Source: Squalus acanthias (taxonomy: Eukaryota). From it: 64,000 bases of DNA. The stretch is from the NCBI GenBank assembly GCA_030390025.1, contig CM059432.1, positions 66,838,001 through 66,902,000 on the forward strand, read 5' to 3'. Under the pieces are notes generated by a model. It was not told the DNA's origin. It did not search any database and was given only the letters and a program-made list of their open reading frames with translations. The first letter of the stretch is position 1. Each line of letters opens with the position of its first letter. Positions 1 through 12,617 of this stretch are shown one piece after another. A program made the translations under genes and the position numbers.

Positions 1-30
1 GAAGAAGAAGAAGAAGAAGAAGAAGAAGAA
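1..30 (+). repeat. (GAA)n microsatellite
   Basis: Ten GAA units at the window start. Confidence 0.95.
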
Positions 31-1166
31 ACACTGTCACTCGATTTCACACACCCAGCCACCAGCTCCTCAAGGTCGACCAGCAGGGCCATTTGCAGCG
101 TAGCCCACTGAAAGTCAGCAGCCTTCCACCAGCCATGCTGCAGCCACTGGGGTAGCACTGCGTGACATCAGTACGATAGGCAAAGGCACACACAAGACAG
201 TCACTAAGGGAATGCGTAAGGGTGATGAGTTGATTTCTTGATGTCATATTGGATAGATAGATGTATAAAGTTGGATTGGAAAGTTTGCTTTGTGGTGACT
301 TTTATTTCAGCATTGTGGCCAAGAGGATGCTGTGATGATCAGTAACAGAGGGAAGGGAACGTTTGGGACGAATGTTGAAAGGGGAATTCGGGTTGTAGTC
401 ACTGGTACCGCAGGCGGATGATTCCATCCCAGATATCCCAGCCAGAAAGGTTGAATCCTTCCTTCTGCTTCATCCTCTTCTGCATCTTCCTCTTCTGCGT
501 CTTGCTCTTCTGCGTCTTGCTCTTCCCTCTGCGAGCAGATGCTGTAAATCTGATATAAAAGCATAAAATGCTGGAAATACTCAGCAGGTCAGGCAGCATC
601 TCAACCTGAGACGTGAACTCTGTTTCTCTCTCCACGGTTGCTGCCTGACCTGCTGAGTATTTCCAGCATTTTCTGTCTTCTCAAAGGCCTTCCTTTACCA
701 TCCGTGGCCTTGCAAGTGTCTAGCAGCACTCCCTGTACTCCCTACTTTAGTTTAAACATGTATTGCAGCAAGCCACTACTACAATAAAATTAAAAAAAAT
801 CCTGTCCAAAAGCTTAAATGTAAACTTACCTGAAAGATGTGTGTGTCCCTTTCAGAGATGCTGACAGCGTCTCTGTCAGTCTGATGAATGCTGTGTTTTC
901 ATAGTGAGCTTAGGGCCCAGTGCTGAACTCAACGCTAAGGTCGAAGTACGCTGAGGTGATGTTAAGTCGCCGTTGCACGCTGACTGACGTCGCCATTTCT
1001 TCATTTACATTTCCAGGGCCAGCATTGCTATCGGCAGCGCTAAGGCCCTTACCAAAATGGCGGCCGCTGAGTCCCGCGCCGAGAAGGGTGCTAGAGTGGC
1101 GGCCGCCATTTTTCAACAGGATTGCGGCGGTTACTTGTGGTGGTAAGTGGCCCAATTTCTAGGCCC
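31..1166. mobile_element. Right part of a PIF/Harbinger-type DNA transposon
   Basis: Ends in aatttctaggccc, the same GGG(C)nnGAAATT-type TIR seen on other Harbinger elements here. Acidic low-complexity remnant at ~460-530. Confidence 0.5.
535..680. mobile_element. Short palindromic Penelope terminal-repeat remnant (a second, older one at ~6675-6830)
   Basis: aaaatgctggaaatactcagcaggtcaggcagca followed by its reverse complement; same sequence as the ends of the Penelope at 24276-25690. Confidence 0.75.
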
Positions 1167-1168
1167 TG

Positions 1169-1495
1169 ATCTTGTCTTCCGGCTGAGACGTTAAATCGAG
1201 GCCCCATCTGCCCTCTCAGGTGGACATTAAAATTCCATGGCACTATTTCGAAGAAGAGCATAGAAGTTCTCCCGGCATCCTAGCCAACATTTATCCCTCA
1301 ACCAACAGCACCAAAACAGATTATCTGATCTCATTGCTGTTTGTGAGACCATGCTGTGTGCAAATTGGCTGCTGCATTTCCTACATTACAACAGTGACTA
1401 CATTTCTAAAGGGTAATTTGGTTGTAAAGTGCTTTGGGATGTCCTGAGGTCATGAAAGGCGCTTTATGAATGTGAGTCTTTCTTTTCTTTTTTGG
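1169..1495 (+). mobile_element. 5'-truncated Deu-domain SINE (SacSINE1/AmnSINE1-like)
   Basis: Recognisable Deu domain gagacgttaaatcgaggcccc...ccatggcactatttcgaagaagagca...atttatccctcaaccaac and tail gtgctttgggatgtcctgagg...aaaggcgct. Confidence 0.75.
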
Positions 1496-1529
1496 CTTCA
1501 AATTCATACATTGGCGAATTGCAAGGAAG

Positions 1530-1720
1530 GTGGCAGAAGGAGGTGATTTCTCAGATGTCGAACTACAGACCTGGACAAGATCTGCCATAGGAGAGACCGC
1601 CAGCTGGGCTTGTAATCACCATAGTCATATGTAAAGAGGTGGCAGTGGTGCTGAGTGCCACCTCTCAATCCCCAGGACAGTGGACCAGTGCCGGAAAAAG
1701 TGACTTGGTAGGCATGGTAA
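1530..1720 (+). pseudogene. Degenerate Harbinger Myb/SANT-like ORF remnant
   Basis: Fragments translate as FSDVELQT and IPRTVDQCRKK, typical of the Myb/SANT-like DNA-binding protein of Harbinger. Confidence 0.4.
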
Positions 1721-2399
1721 GAGAAGGGAGGCCTTCACCTTTTCATTTTGGCATCATGGGACCCGCTCACTGTTTAAATGGAATAAAATGTCTTTGTTTG
1801 CAGTACGCCATGGTTCAAGGACTCTCTGACTCTTCCACCTCGAAGTTGTGTTTGGAGCTCCCTTCAGAAGCTCTTCTTGCATGAAGCTTCTTGCGACTCC
1901 AAGCTCTCATGTTACAGGGTCCTTCTAGCATTTGTCCTTCTGGATGCATCACCTGTCTGCTGCCACCTCAAAGATTCCCTTCAGATGCTTACTTTCATCT
2001 ACTGCTGTTAATATTGTTCCACGAGAAACTGGACAACAATGCCCAGGAGAGGCAGATCACCAGTTAGTTCCCAGAAATAAGGGAACTGAATGATTTGGAG
2101 GTCCTAGCTATGGAGCTCCAAGGGAGCCAACGGTTTTGGTTGCTGGCAATAGCAAAGTTGGTGGGCCAGTGCCAGATGTAGGTGATTGAGTGGTAAGCAA
2201 TACCTGCTCCTGCTACAGCGCTTTATAGGACCAAGCTGTCACTGAACTTCAGGTTGTCTTTATCTTATCACTCTCTTTGGGTGATGCATACTCAAAATTA
2301 CTTCCCTTCCTCTTCATCCATGAGTGCCACATCACAAGGGGAGAGCAGCAATGGAGGAAGAAGATGATGATGAAGAGGACAATGATGATGTTTTATTTT

Positions 2400-2580
2400 T
2401 GTTAGGTAAGGGTATCAAGGAATAAGGCAAGTAAGTAGAGTTGAAACACAGATCAGCCATGATCTAATTGAATGGCAGAGCAGGCTCGAGGTGCTGAATG
2501 GCTCTGTGGCTTAATTGGTTAAAGCACCTGTCTTGTAAACAGTAGATCCTGGATTCAATTCCCAGCAGCTCCTATGTGCT
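2400..2580 (+). mobile_element. CR1 LINE 3' UTR fragment interrupted by a tRNA copy
   Basis: gatcagccatgatctaattgaatggcagagcaggctcgag...gctcctatg matches the other CR1 tails in the window. Confidence 0.75.
2500..2568 (+). pseudogene. tRNA-Thr(TGT) pseudogene
   Basis: ggctctgtggcttaattggttaaagcacctgtctTGTaaacagtagatcctggattcaattcccagcag resembles vertebrate tRNA-Thr. The B box is mutated and the 3' acceptor strand truncated. Confidence 0.8.
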
Positions 2581-4790
2581 TATAATGTTGAGGAGGCAAA
2601 AGACCTTACACCTTGCTAGATGAGAATGATAATGACAACGAAAAGGACGAGGATGACCATCCCACCCCTTGTTTCTCTGCTGCTCCTGTCTGGTCTCCCA
2701 CTAATTTAACATCTTGGTCACCCACCTTATATGTCCCTTGCACCAGCTCAGAGACTGTCACTGGAAAGATTTAGATAGCAGGGATGAGGATATGGCATCA
2801 ACTGACTCACTGAGCATGAGGGACCTGGAAGAACAAGGTGTGGATGGGAACTCAGCCATTCCTCAGCAGGGGATGCACGAGGCACCTTCTCTAAGCTGAG
2901 GAGGCCGTGGGCCCAGATTTCATGGGTCCTTCACTGAAGTCGCTATCCCAGAATGTATAACATGGGTTTTGATTCGGTCCACTGGCTGCAGACGCAACAA
3001 CATCAGGGAAGTTTTTCCTTGTTGCAGACATCAATGACGTGGTCTAGAGGTATTCTTCCAGCACTCCACTGCACTCCCCCACTACAGCAGTGTCCCAAAA
3101 CAAGTTGGTGCCTTGTCCTCATTAGAAGCACAGACTTCAGCCCTGGAGACAGTGGGTGACCTAGGAGCAGAGGAACATAGGACCTTTTCTTGTTTCATGC
3201 TTTCCTATATTATTTTACTATATATAGCAGGTATAATTACACTGAATGTGTTACATTATGATGATCAACTTTTGGATTATCACAATGCCTATGGTTCTTT
3301 ACTGAGGACATTGATTTCATGAAATGCCCTGACTATAAATACCTGCCATAAAACCAACCACTGCCAAGCCAGTGTAAATGGAATAAATGTGCCATGAAAT
3401 GTCATAACATTTCTTATATCTGTCGTGACCATTATCTATATTCTGGCCATCAATTCTACCTTTAATTTTCAGCTTCCTCCTTAGTTATGTGTTGAAGACT
3501 GTTTTTTCCTTTGTAACTGATTATTTTCTACATTGTTATACTTAAATTAATAGACAGAAAATTGTGAGGAACACAAATTTGTGTCCAAATTCCCAACATG
3601 TGCTCCTAATATGGAGTAAAAATTCATAAAATCTATCCTTATATATTTAACATTCCTCAGATTAAATACTGTTTCTATCTAAAAAAAATGGTTAAACAAG
3701 TTTGTGTGACTGTTACAAACAATGTTTGAGAAAAACTTCAGCACAACATCAATACTAAAAATGAATATCTGATTCTCAAGAGATTATCATGAAACTATTT
3801 TGATCAGTATTTGATAATAAAATTGAACATACACAAATATTGACTGCAGATGAAGATACAAGTAAACTCTGATTCCAGGGTTAGACCAATGACCAAGTGC
3901 ATGTCACAATGTCCAAAGCTGACAGCCGAGGCTATTATTGGAATCTGAGTTCACTTCTGTGACCTTAGATGTAATAAGCCCGACTTTAACTCAGTGCGGA
4001 GGACGAAGCGAGTGGCAAACATGAGGCCTGGGAGATTTTCCCAACACTGACTCCTGCCTGAATGCCATCACCACCAGTGGTTGGGAGTCAAAATTCATGG
4101 GGGGATTAGGCCATCACTGGGGACCCACAGAAACCACCTGGCAAGCTAAGTAAGCAATGGGGGGCGGCGGCGGGGGGGGGGGGGGGCGAAACGGGAATGG
4201 GAACATCCATGATCAGGAAAGGAGGGAAAGCCTGGGGCAGGGGATGCCCAAGGTAGCCTTGTTGGACAAAGTTGAGCCTGCAGTTAAAATGGCGCACGCA
4301 CACAATGACGTCATCGGGACATGACTTTGCCATTTAAATTAGGCGCCCACTCCTCTGGAGCCGGTGGTATTCCCATGCCTAATTGCAGGCTAGTTAAAAT
4401 ACGGGGGGGGGGGGGGGGGGGTGGCAGGAACATGTCGAGAAATGTATTTCCCCAATAGTTTTGAATGACAGTTGGAAACAGAAGTCAATGTTATACTAAT
4501 AAAGTGCCCTTGGAGCATCTTTTACGCATTTTGGAGCAGATTATAACATGCACTCTGTGATATCTGCAAACAATGTCCTGTTGCCTATTAGTCACTCACT
4601 GAAGACCATTGTCCAAAAGCATCAAATGGTAAACTGTTTGTTCACATTTAGCTATTCCTCAGCCAAATATAAGTTTTCACCAAATCACATTTAGGATTTC
4701 AACTTAAGAGCATAATGGCACATTAGAAAGCATTAAAATAAAGACAAAAATATTTTCATAAGGTATAAATAAAATGTGTTTGGTACTTAC

Positions 4791-4871
4791 AAGCTGGTGT
4801 AGAACAATCCCTTGTGTTATAATAGAGACGTTGAAATTGCTTACTGCATTCAGATGAGAACGAGATTGGTC
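4791..4871 (-). CDS. ALKAL1: ALKAL1 coding exon 3 (81 nt), ALKAL/FAM150 domain
   Basis: Acceptor aagcAG, donor T|GTAAGT. Encodes [37 protein letters not shown] and CSTPAY favour ALKAL1 over ALKAL2 (KCSK, YHNTR, CTIPAY). The final YKRCARLL exon was not found in the window. Confidence 0.93.
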
Positions 4872-4902
4872 CTGCTTGATAATTAGGAAGAGGTTTATAA
4901 AA

Positions 4903-6235
4903 ATAGAGTCATAGAGTCATAGAGTTACAGCACAGAAAGAGGCCCTTCGGCCCATCGTGTCCACGCTGGCCATCAAGCCCTGTCTATTCTAATCCCATTT
5001 TCCAGCACTTGGTCCATAGCCTTGTATGCTATGGCGTTTCAAGTGCTCATCTAAATGCTTCTTGAATGTTGTGAGGGTTCCTGCCTCTACCACCCTTTCA
5101 GGCAGTGAGATCCAGATTCCAACCACCCTCTGGGTGAAAAGTTTTTCCTCAAATCCCCTCTAAACCTCCTGCCCCTTACCTTGAAACAATGCCCCCTGGT
5201 TATTGACCCTTCTACTAAGAGGAAAAGTTCCTTTCTATCTACCCTATCTGTGCCCCTCATAATTTTGTACACCTCAATCAGGTCCCCCCTCAGCCTTCTC
5301 TGCTCTAAGGAAAACAACCCCAGCCTGTCCAGTCTCTCTTCATAGCTGAAGCGCTCCAGCCCAGGTAACATCCTGGTGAATCTCCTCTGCACCCTCTCCA
5401 ATGCAATCACATCCTTCCTATAGTGTGGCGACCAGAACTGCACACAGTATTCCAGCTGTGGCCTAACTAGCGTTTTGTACAGCTCCATCATAACCTCCCT
5501 GCTCTTATATTCTATGCCTCAGCTAATGAAGGCAAGTATCCCATATGCCTTTTTAACCACCTTATCTACCTGTGCTGCTGCCTTCAGGGACCTATGTACA
5601 TGCACACCAAGGTCCCTCTGATCCTCTGTCCTTCCTAGGGTCCTACCATTCATTGTGTATTCCCTTGCCTTGTTAGTCCTCCCAAAATGCATCACCTCAC
5701 ACTTTTCAGAGTTAAATTCTATTTGCCACTGTTCTGCCCATCTAACCAACCCGTCTATATCGTCCTGTAGCCTGAGGCTTCCCTCCTCGCTATTTACCAC
5801 TCCACCAATTTTCGTGTCATCTGCGAACTTACTGATCATACCTCCTACATTCATATCTAAATCATTAATGTACACTACAAACAGCAAAGGACCCAGCACC
5901 GATCCCTGCGGTACAACACTGTATACAGGCTTCCAGTCACAAAAACAACCTTCAGCCATCACCCTCTGCCTCCTGCCACTAAGCCAATTTTGGATCCAAT
6001 GTGCCAAATTGCCCTGGATCCCATGGGCTCTTACCTTCTTGACCAGTCTCCCATGCGGGACTTTGTCAAAAGCCTTACTGAAGTCCATGTAGACTACATC
6101 AACTGCACTACCCTCATCCACGCACCTAGTCACCCCCTCGAAAAATTCAATCAAATTGGTTAGACATGATCTCCCCCTGACAAAGCCATGCTGACTATCC
6201 TTGATTAATCCTTGCCTCCCCCTCAGAACTTTTTT
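4903..6235 (-). mobile_element. 5'-truncated CR1 LINE filling most of ALKAL1 intron 2
   Basis: ORFs 5519-6154 and 5087-5491 with DFSKAFDKVPH, PQGSVLGP, FADDTK; (atagagtc)n tail at 4903. Confidence 0.95.
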
Positions 6236-6312
6236 CTGTCACAGCAAATGCATGATTATTTTAATGCATCACGATTATTTTAACACAGTACGTTGAATAC
6301 AGTGGGTCCTAC

Positions 6313-6366
6313 CTGCAAAATGCTTTATAAACTTCTCTTTCATGTTGGGGTCTCTATGGACAACCT
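6313..6366 (-). CDS. ALKAL1: ALKAL1 coding exon 2 (54 nt)
   Basis: Acceptor catttttcccaacAG, donor G|GTAGGA, phase 1/1. Encodes EVVHRDPNMKEKFIKHFAG, matching the recalled ALKAL motif EIxPRDxxxKDKFIKHFTG. Confidence 0.92.
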
Positions 6367-7233
6367 CTGTTGGGAAAAATGAAGATTTTTTAGATATTCT
6401 CAATGATAACATTGCCAATCCTTATCTTTTTTATCTGACTGGCAAATTTAAAATGTGCTTTGTGCCACATACAAATGTATGGCAAATGTTTTCATTATCT
6501 TAAATTTCAAATGTACAAATTTGAAAACTTTCAATAGTTTTTCACACTGCCTGTTAAGACACTTTTACATTGAGGCTGCTGTCACAGGACTGTAACTCTT
6601 TCCTATTTACTTTAAAGAAGTGTCACCACTCAAATTGAGGACCTTTGGAGGTCGAATTACAAAGAGAAAACTTTAAATGCTAAAAATCTGAAATGAAAAC
6701 AGAAAATGCTAGAAATACACAGCAAGCCCGTCAGTTCTGACAAAGGGTTTGCACCAAAAATATTAACTTGTCTTTTCTTTTCGAACGGAGTTGGACCATC
6801 TGTGTACTTCCAGCATTTTCTGTGTTTTACCAATATTCTCGATTATTAGTCGCACCTTTAAAGTGGACCCATCATATGTCTATGATTTTTTGCAGCTATG
6901 AATGTATGAACAAGGTGCTGTCAATCTCACTACATGGTTGATTAAATATTTTATTTTGGTCACTCAATCTATTCCTATAGTCGGAGCAAGTCCATTAAGA
7001 TACATTCTCCATCTAAATGTTGAAAAATAAGACAAGAGTTCCTGATGAGCTGTAGAATGTATGGAGACTATGACCAGCAAGTGTCTTACGTGGCCACTTC
7101 TGTCCATCAACTCATAAGTGGATTGATAAGAACTTGGCAAATAGATATGACTTTTTGTTAGTTTAGTCAAGATCAGCAACTCTATTGATCTTTGTATCAA
7201 AACAAAAGTCCATGTCAGCCTAAAAGAAACCAT

Positions 7234-8114
7234 GGGGAAGAAATTCAGTATCGCCCCATTTGGGGCGCAATTATCGGCCGGGCGCAAAGATTAGCGCCTG
7301 GTGCTAATTATCGCCACCGACTGCAAACTTGACTTTTATCGGCCCTGGAGGTGATTGGAGCGCTAAATCAGGCGCTTCACACCTGTCTTAAGGCGCAAAG
7401 GCCGAGGAGCGAGGCGCTACCTCAGAGCGCTGGCGAAGCTCGTGTGATGTCAGTCAGCAATGGAACACACACACAATGGCACGGGCCAGTTCTTAAAGGG
7501 GAGGGTTGATCTTGCTTTCCATCCACATCCTGCTCATTGCAGCCTTGAATCTCGGCCTGGAGAGACCTGCACATCAAATCTGCTGGAAAGAACAATGGAG
7601 AGTACCAGGCAAAGAGCTCAGCCCCCACAATCTCTTATAAATCGATACAAGAATGGCAAATCAAAATGAACCTGCAAAGTGCTGCTCAGTACCCAAAACT
7701 CCTTCACACAGCGTGGAATCTCTTTAGAAGTCTCTCTCTCTCTCAGAATGCGTGGTTCAAAAATGGCACCAACAATAAAAGGCAGGAAGCGGTTGCCTTT
7801 AAATAGCGCTCCCCCAGTCCCTTCATGACTGCAAAACGCTCCCCTCAACCTGTCGTAGCTAGCGTCAGGCGGTAAGGCAGGGGGCGCCACTCAATATCCG
7901 CTCCGGGGCGATACCGGGGCGTTGCACACTCGACTGACGTCACGATCTGCCGACGCAGGAGATCGTGGCGGTAGTGTTTAGCGCCGCCGCAAAATGTCTA
8001 GTTAATTTCGCGAGCAGCGCAAACATCGCCGCGCCTGGGCGCTAGATGTTTTGCGCCCCGTTAGCACCCTCTTAAGGCGCTAACGGGAGGCGCAACCAAC
8101 TGAATTTTTCCCCC
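7234..8114 (+). mobile_element. Harbinger-type MITE family A, copy 1 (~880 bp)
   Basis: TIRs GGGGAAGAAATTCAG / CTGAATTTTTCCCCC, 3-bp TSD CAT; close copies at 29061 and 60440. Confidence 0.9.
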
Positions 8115-8267
8115 CATGATTTTTAACCAGGTGATGCTCGACAATGTGATGCCATCAGAACACTGCAGAGTGGAACATTTATATATGTGAGAGCCACTGA
8201 AGGCAGCAGCTGCCATTGCACCACTCTATCGAAGTACCTTTAATTGCTATCAACTGCAATGACTAAC

Positions 8268-10982
8268 TTAAGAACATACATAAGAACATAAGAAATAGGA
8301 GCAGGAGTAGGCCAATTGGCCCCTCGAGCCTGCTCCGCCATTCAATAAGATCATGGCTGATCTGATCCTAACCGCCAATCTACTATCACAGAACCATCCC
8401 CTGAACCTAACAGAATTGGACACACGAAATAGGAGCAGGATCAGGCTACACGGCCCCTGGGCCCGCTACGCTACCCACAGGGCCAAGACCGATCCGAACC
8501 TAGACTCATGTCCAAATTCATGCCCGCTCCCCGTAACCCTTAATTCCCTTTACTTCTAGGAAACTGTCTATTTCTGTTTTAAATTTATGTAATGATGTAG
8601 CTTCTACAGCTTATTCCATGGAGCTACCACCCTCTGAGTGAAGTAGTTCCTTCTCATCTCAGTTTTGAAAGAGCAGCCCCTTATTCTAAGACGATGCCCC
8701 CTAGTTCTAGTTTCACCCATCATCGGGAACATCCTCCCCGCATCCACCCGATCCAACCCCTTCACAATCTTATATGTTTCAATAAGATCGCCTCTCATTC
8801 TTCTGAACTCCAATGAGTAGAGTCGCAATCTACCCAACCTCTCCTCATATGTCCATCCCCTCATCCCCGGGATTAACCGAGTGAACCTTCTTTGTACTGA
8901 CTCGAGAGCAAGTATGTCTTTTCTTAAGTATGGACACCAAAACTGTATGCAGTATTCCAGGTGCGGTCTCACCAATACCTTGTACAACTGAAGCAATACC
9001 TCCCTATTTTTATATTCTATCCCCCTAGCAATGAAAGCCAACATTCCATTGGCCTTCTTAATCACTTGCTGCACCTGCATACTAACCTTTTGAGTTTCGT
9101 GCACCAGGACGCCCAGATCCCTTTGTACTTCAATACTTTCCAGTTTCTTGCCATTAAGATAATAACTTGCTCTACTATTTTTCCTGCCAAAGTGCATAAC
9201 CTCACACTTTCCAGTATTGTATTCCATCTGCCAAATCTCTGCCCACTTACTTAGCCTGTCTATGTCCCCTTGCAGATTTTTTATGTCCTCCTCACTCACT
9301 ACTTTCCCTCCCATCTTAGTATCACCTGCAAACTTTGATATGTTACACTCGGTCCCCTCCTCCAAATCGTTAATATAGATTGTAAAGAGTTGGGGACCCA
9401 GCACTGACCCCTGCGGAACACCACTAGTTACTGATTGCCAGTCTGAGAATGAACCATTTATCCCAACTCTCTGCCTTCTGTTAGATAGCCAATCCTCTAT
9501 CCATGCCAGAATATTACCCCCAATCCCGTGATTTTTTATCTTAAGCAATAATCTTTTGTGTGGCACCTTGTCAAATGCCTTTTGGAAGTCTAAATACACC
9601 ACATCCACTGATTCCCCTTTATCCACCCTGTGTGTTACTTCCTCAAAGAACTCCAGCAAATTTGTCAAACATGACTTCCCCTTCATAAAACCATGCTGAC
9701 TTTGTCCTATTAAATTATGATTATCCAAATGTCCCGTTACTGTCTCCTTAATAATGGACTCCAAAATTTTACCTACCACAGATGTTAGGCTAACCGGTCT
9801 ATAGTTTCCAGCCTTCTGTCTACTGCCCTTTTTAAATAAGGGTGTTACATTAGCAGTTTTCCAGTCTGCCGGGATCTTTGCTGAGTCCAGGGAGTTTTGG
9901 AAAATTATTACCAATGCATCCACAATCCCTACCGCCACTTCCCTCAAGACCCTAGGATGTAAGCCATCAGGTGCAGGTGATTTATCCGCCTTGAGTCCCA
10001 TTATTTTACCGAGTACCACTTCCTTAGTGATTTTGATCGTGTTTAGCTCCTCCCCCCCTATAGCCCCCTGTTTGTCCAGTGTTGGGATATTCTTAGTGTC
10101 CTCTACTGTAAAGACTGATACAAAATATTCATTCAGTGTATTTGCCATCTCCATATTTCCCACCATTAATTTCCCGGTCTCATCCTCTAAGGGACCAACA
10201 TTTACTTTAGCCACCCTTTTTCTTTTTATATAACTATAAAAACTCTTACTATCTGTTTTTATATTTTTTGCTAATTTACTTTCATAATCTATCTTCCCTT
10301 TCTTAATCAATCTTTTTGTTATTTTTTGCTGTCTTTTAAAGTTTTCCCAATCCTCTATCCTCCCACTAGATTTGGCTACCTTATAAGCCCTTGCTTTTAG
10401 TTGAATACTATCCTTAATTTCTTTACTTAGCCACGGATGACTGTCTTTTCTTTTACACCCTTTTCTTCTCAGTGGAATATATTTTTTTTGGAAGTTGTAA
10501 AATAACTCCTTAAATGTACACCATTGATCATGTATCATCTTACCCTTTAATCTATTTTCCCAATCCACTCTACTAAATTCCACTCGCATACCTTCATAGT
10601 CTCCTTTATTCAAGCTTAGCACGCTTGTTTGAGATCCAACCTTCTCACCCTCTAATTGAATATGGAATTCAACCATGTTATGGTCACTCATTCCAAGGGG
10701 ATCCTTTACTAGGACATTTTTAATTAATCCTGTCTCGTTACACAGGACCAGATCTAAGGTTGCTTGCCCCCTGGTCGGTTCAGTTACATACTGCTCAAGA
10801 AACCCATCCCTAATACACTCAATGAACTCATCCTCAAGGCAGCCCTGCCCAATTTGATTTGTCCAATTAATATGATAGTTAAAATCCCCCATAATTATAG
10901 ATGTTCCCTTATTACAAGCCTCAACTATTTCCTGATTGATACTCCGTCCAACAGAGTTGCAACTATTCGGAGGCCTATAGAC
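8268..10982 (-). mobile_element. Young 5'-truncated CR1 LINE with ~790 codons of open ORF2 (partial endonuclease + RT)
   Basis: ORF 8604-11027 with IMGDFN, SDHN, NYRPVSLTS, DFQKAFDKVPH, PQGSVLGP and FAGDTK (catalytic D changed to G); (taagaaca)n tail at 8268. Confidence 0.96.
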
Positions 10983-11983
10983 TTCAGATGGCAATGGAAC
11001 AGAAATTATTTCCTGCTGAAGTTTCAAAACATAGGCTACACACTTTTGAAAAGATTTCGCAATTTAGCACCATTTTTACTTGATTTTGTTTTTTCTCCTC
11101 TGCTCCTGCAGGTCATGCAGAGGGCAGAGAGCTGACTTACTACTGTATTCAGAAATAAGACACAGTAGAGGGCACTAGTGTTGCAAATTATTATTTTGAA
11201 CCATAACTTTCAAGCAGGTTATCATTATGGTCATCACTTCGAGTACAGAATATAATTTGATAGGTTGGCTAAAGAAAGTAATCTTAGTTCTAAAAAAAAT
11301 CATGTTTAACACATGTAACATAGAACCTGTCTGGCAGCACAGCCACAGACCAAGACCTGGTTAGGTCAGGTTCAAAAATTAGATGAAAACACAGGCACAG
11401 TAGTCTATCTTTCCATACCCAATTAAATCATAAAGTATGCTTTATGTGGGTGCAAGTGGGGAGGAATTGACTGAGTTTCCGACAGCTGACACCATCTCAC
11501 CTGCCTCCTCTTCTGACATCAGAACAAAAGGAGGCAGATCACAGAAAGTGTCCACTGTCCCTGCCAGCAGAACTTTTCATTGTGAAGGAAAAGGAGACAT
11601 AAAACTGGGTCCCACCACAAATTCCACATTCCATTCCTACCCAGCTTACGCCCAGCTGCAAGGATTTCAGACTAAAACACTCTTTGAAGCCACATTTACT
11701 TTATACATACCAGTCTGCTTTAAACTGCATTGCCATTTAGTGGCATTAACCCATTTATCTTAAATCGGCAAATGTGTCCATTAAAATAGCTGACTTAAGG
11801 ATTTCATACAATATCAAGGCCTTTATTTTTTGTTGTGTTTAAGCCTGACATTATATTGCATTATTAATGTGGGAGCACGAACTACAGTACCAAGTATTTA
11901 TCAAGATCCTTGTTATATTGCGAGTTGTGAATGGTACTCTGCCCACCAGGAGAGAGTTCTGCTCCCTGGTTGGTAAACTTTTA

Positions 11984-12617
11984 GGGCCTGAAATTCTGGT
12001 CTGGGACAAGACAGAATCCCAGGGATCTCTGGATCAGGGGCCACAAAATGGGGCAGAACTCAGTTCTGCCAGTATTCCATCTATTTTTGCCAGGTTGCCA
12101 TTTTCTGGTAGGCGGGCTGTGGGTAGATTTTTTGTCTATCCGCCTCCTGCCCCCCCCCCCCTCCCAAATCAAGGAGACATATTGGAGATGGGGTTCTGAG
12201 CTACCCCAGGAATTCTGCTCTAAACACCCTTAAAATGCCTCCATCAGAGGTGATGTGAGTCCCTTTGAAACCTTTTGAAATGCCCAAATCTTACCTAGAC
12301 TAAGGTAATCTATCCCAGAGGGGATCAATTATCTCTTGCCTTGAAGCAAAATTACTGCTTTTAGATATGAAGACTACCACAGCTACTTTTTTCTTGGTTC
12401 AGAAGGACTGTGGGTATCCCAGATAGGGTGGCTGTGGGTCAACTCTCCCATAAAAGGCCAGATCAGAGCAGGTATCACTTAAATGCCCTTGCAGGTGCCG
12501 GCGACCCACCACAACCATGCATATGACCCTGCACCTGCAGTGTTGGTTGGGCTCAGCAGCCAAGCACATGGACCATTCTTCCATCAGTGGATCAGCCCCC
12601 ATGGAAATTTCAGTCCT
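11984..12617. mobile_element. Degenerate Harbinger-type MITE
   Basis: GGGCCTGAAATT ... AATTTCAGTCC ends with tta/taa flanks. Confidence 0.5.

Noticed and set aside
2500..2568. Functional tRNA-Thr gene
   Set aside because: B box mutated, acceptor stem incomplete, and embedded in a CR1 tail.
4495..4540. Possible last ALKAL1 coding exon (minus strand RKRCS)
   Set aside because: Does not continue as ARLLTRLAVSP and lacks a suitable acceptor; the true exon is probably left of the window.
8604..11027. 807-aa ORF as a host gene or ALKAL1-RT fusion exon
   Set aside because: It is CR1 ORF2. The first ~15 codons are flanking DNA, the RT motif is mutated (FAGD), and the nearby CAGCAG acceptor is phase 0 while ALKAL1 exon 1 ends in phase 1.
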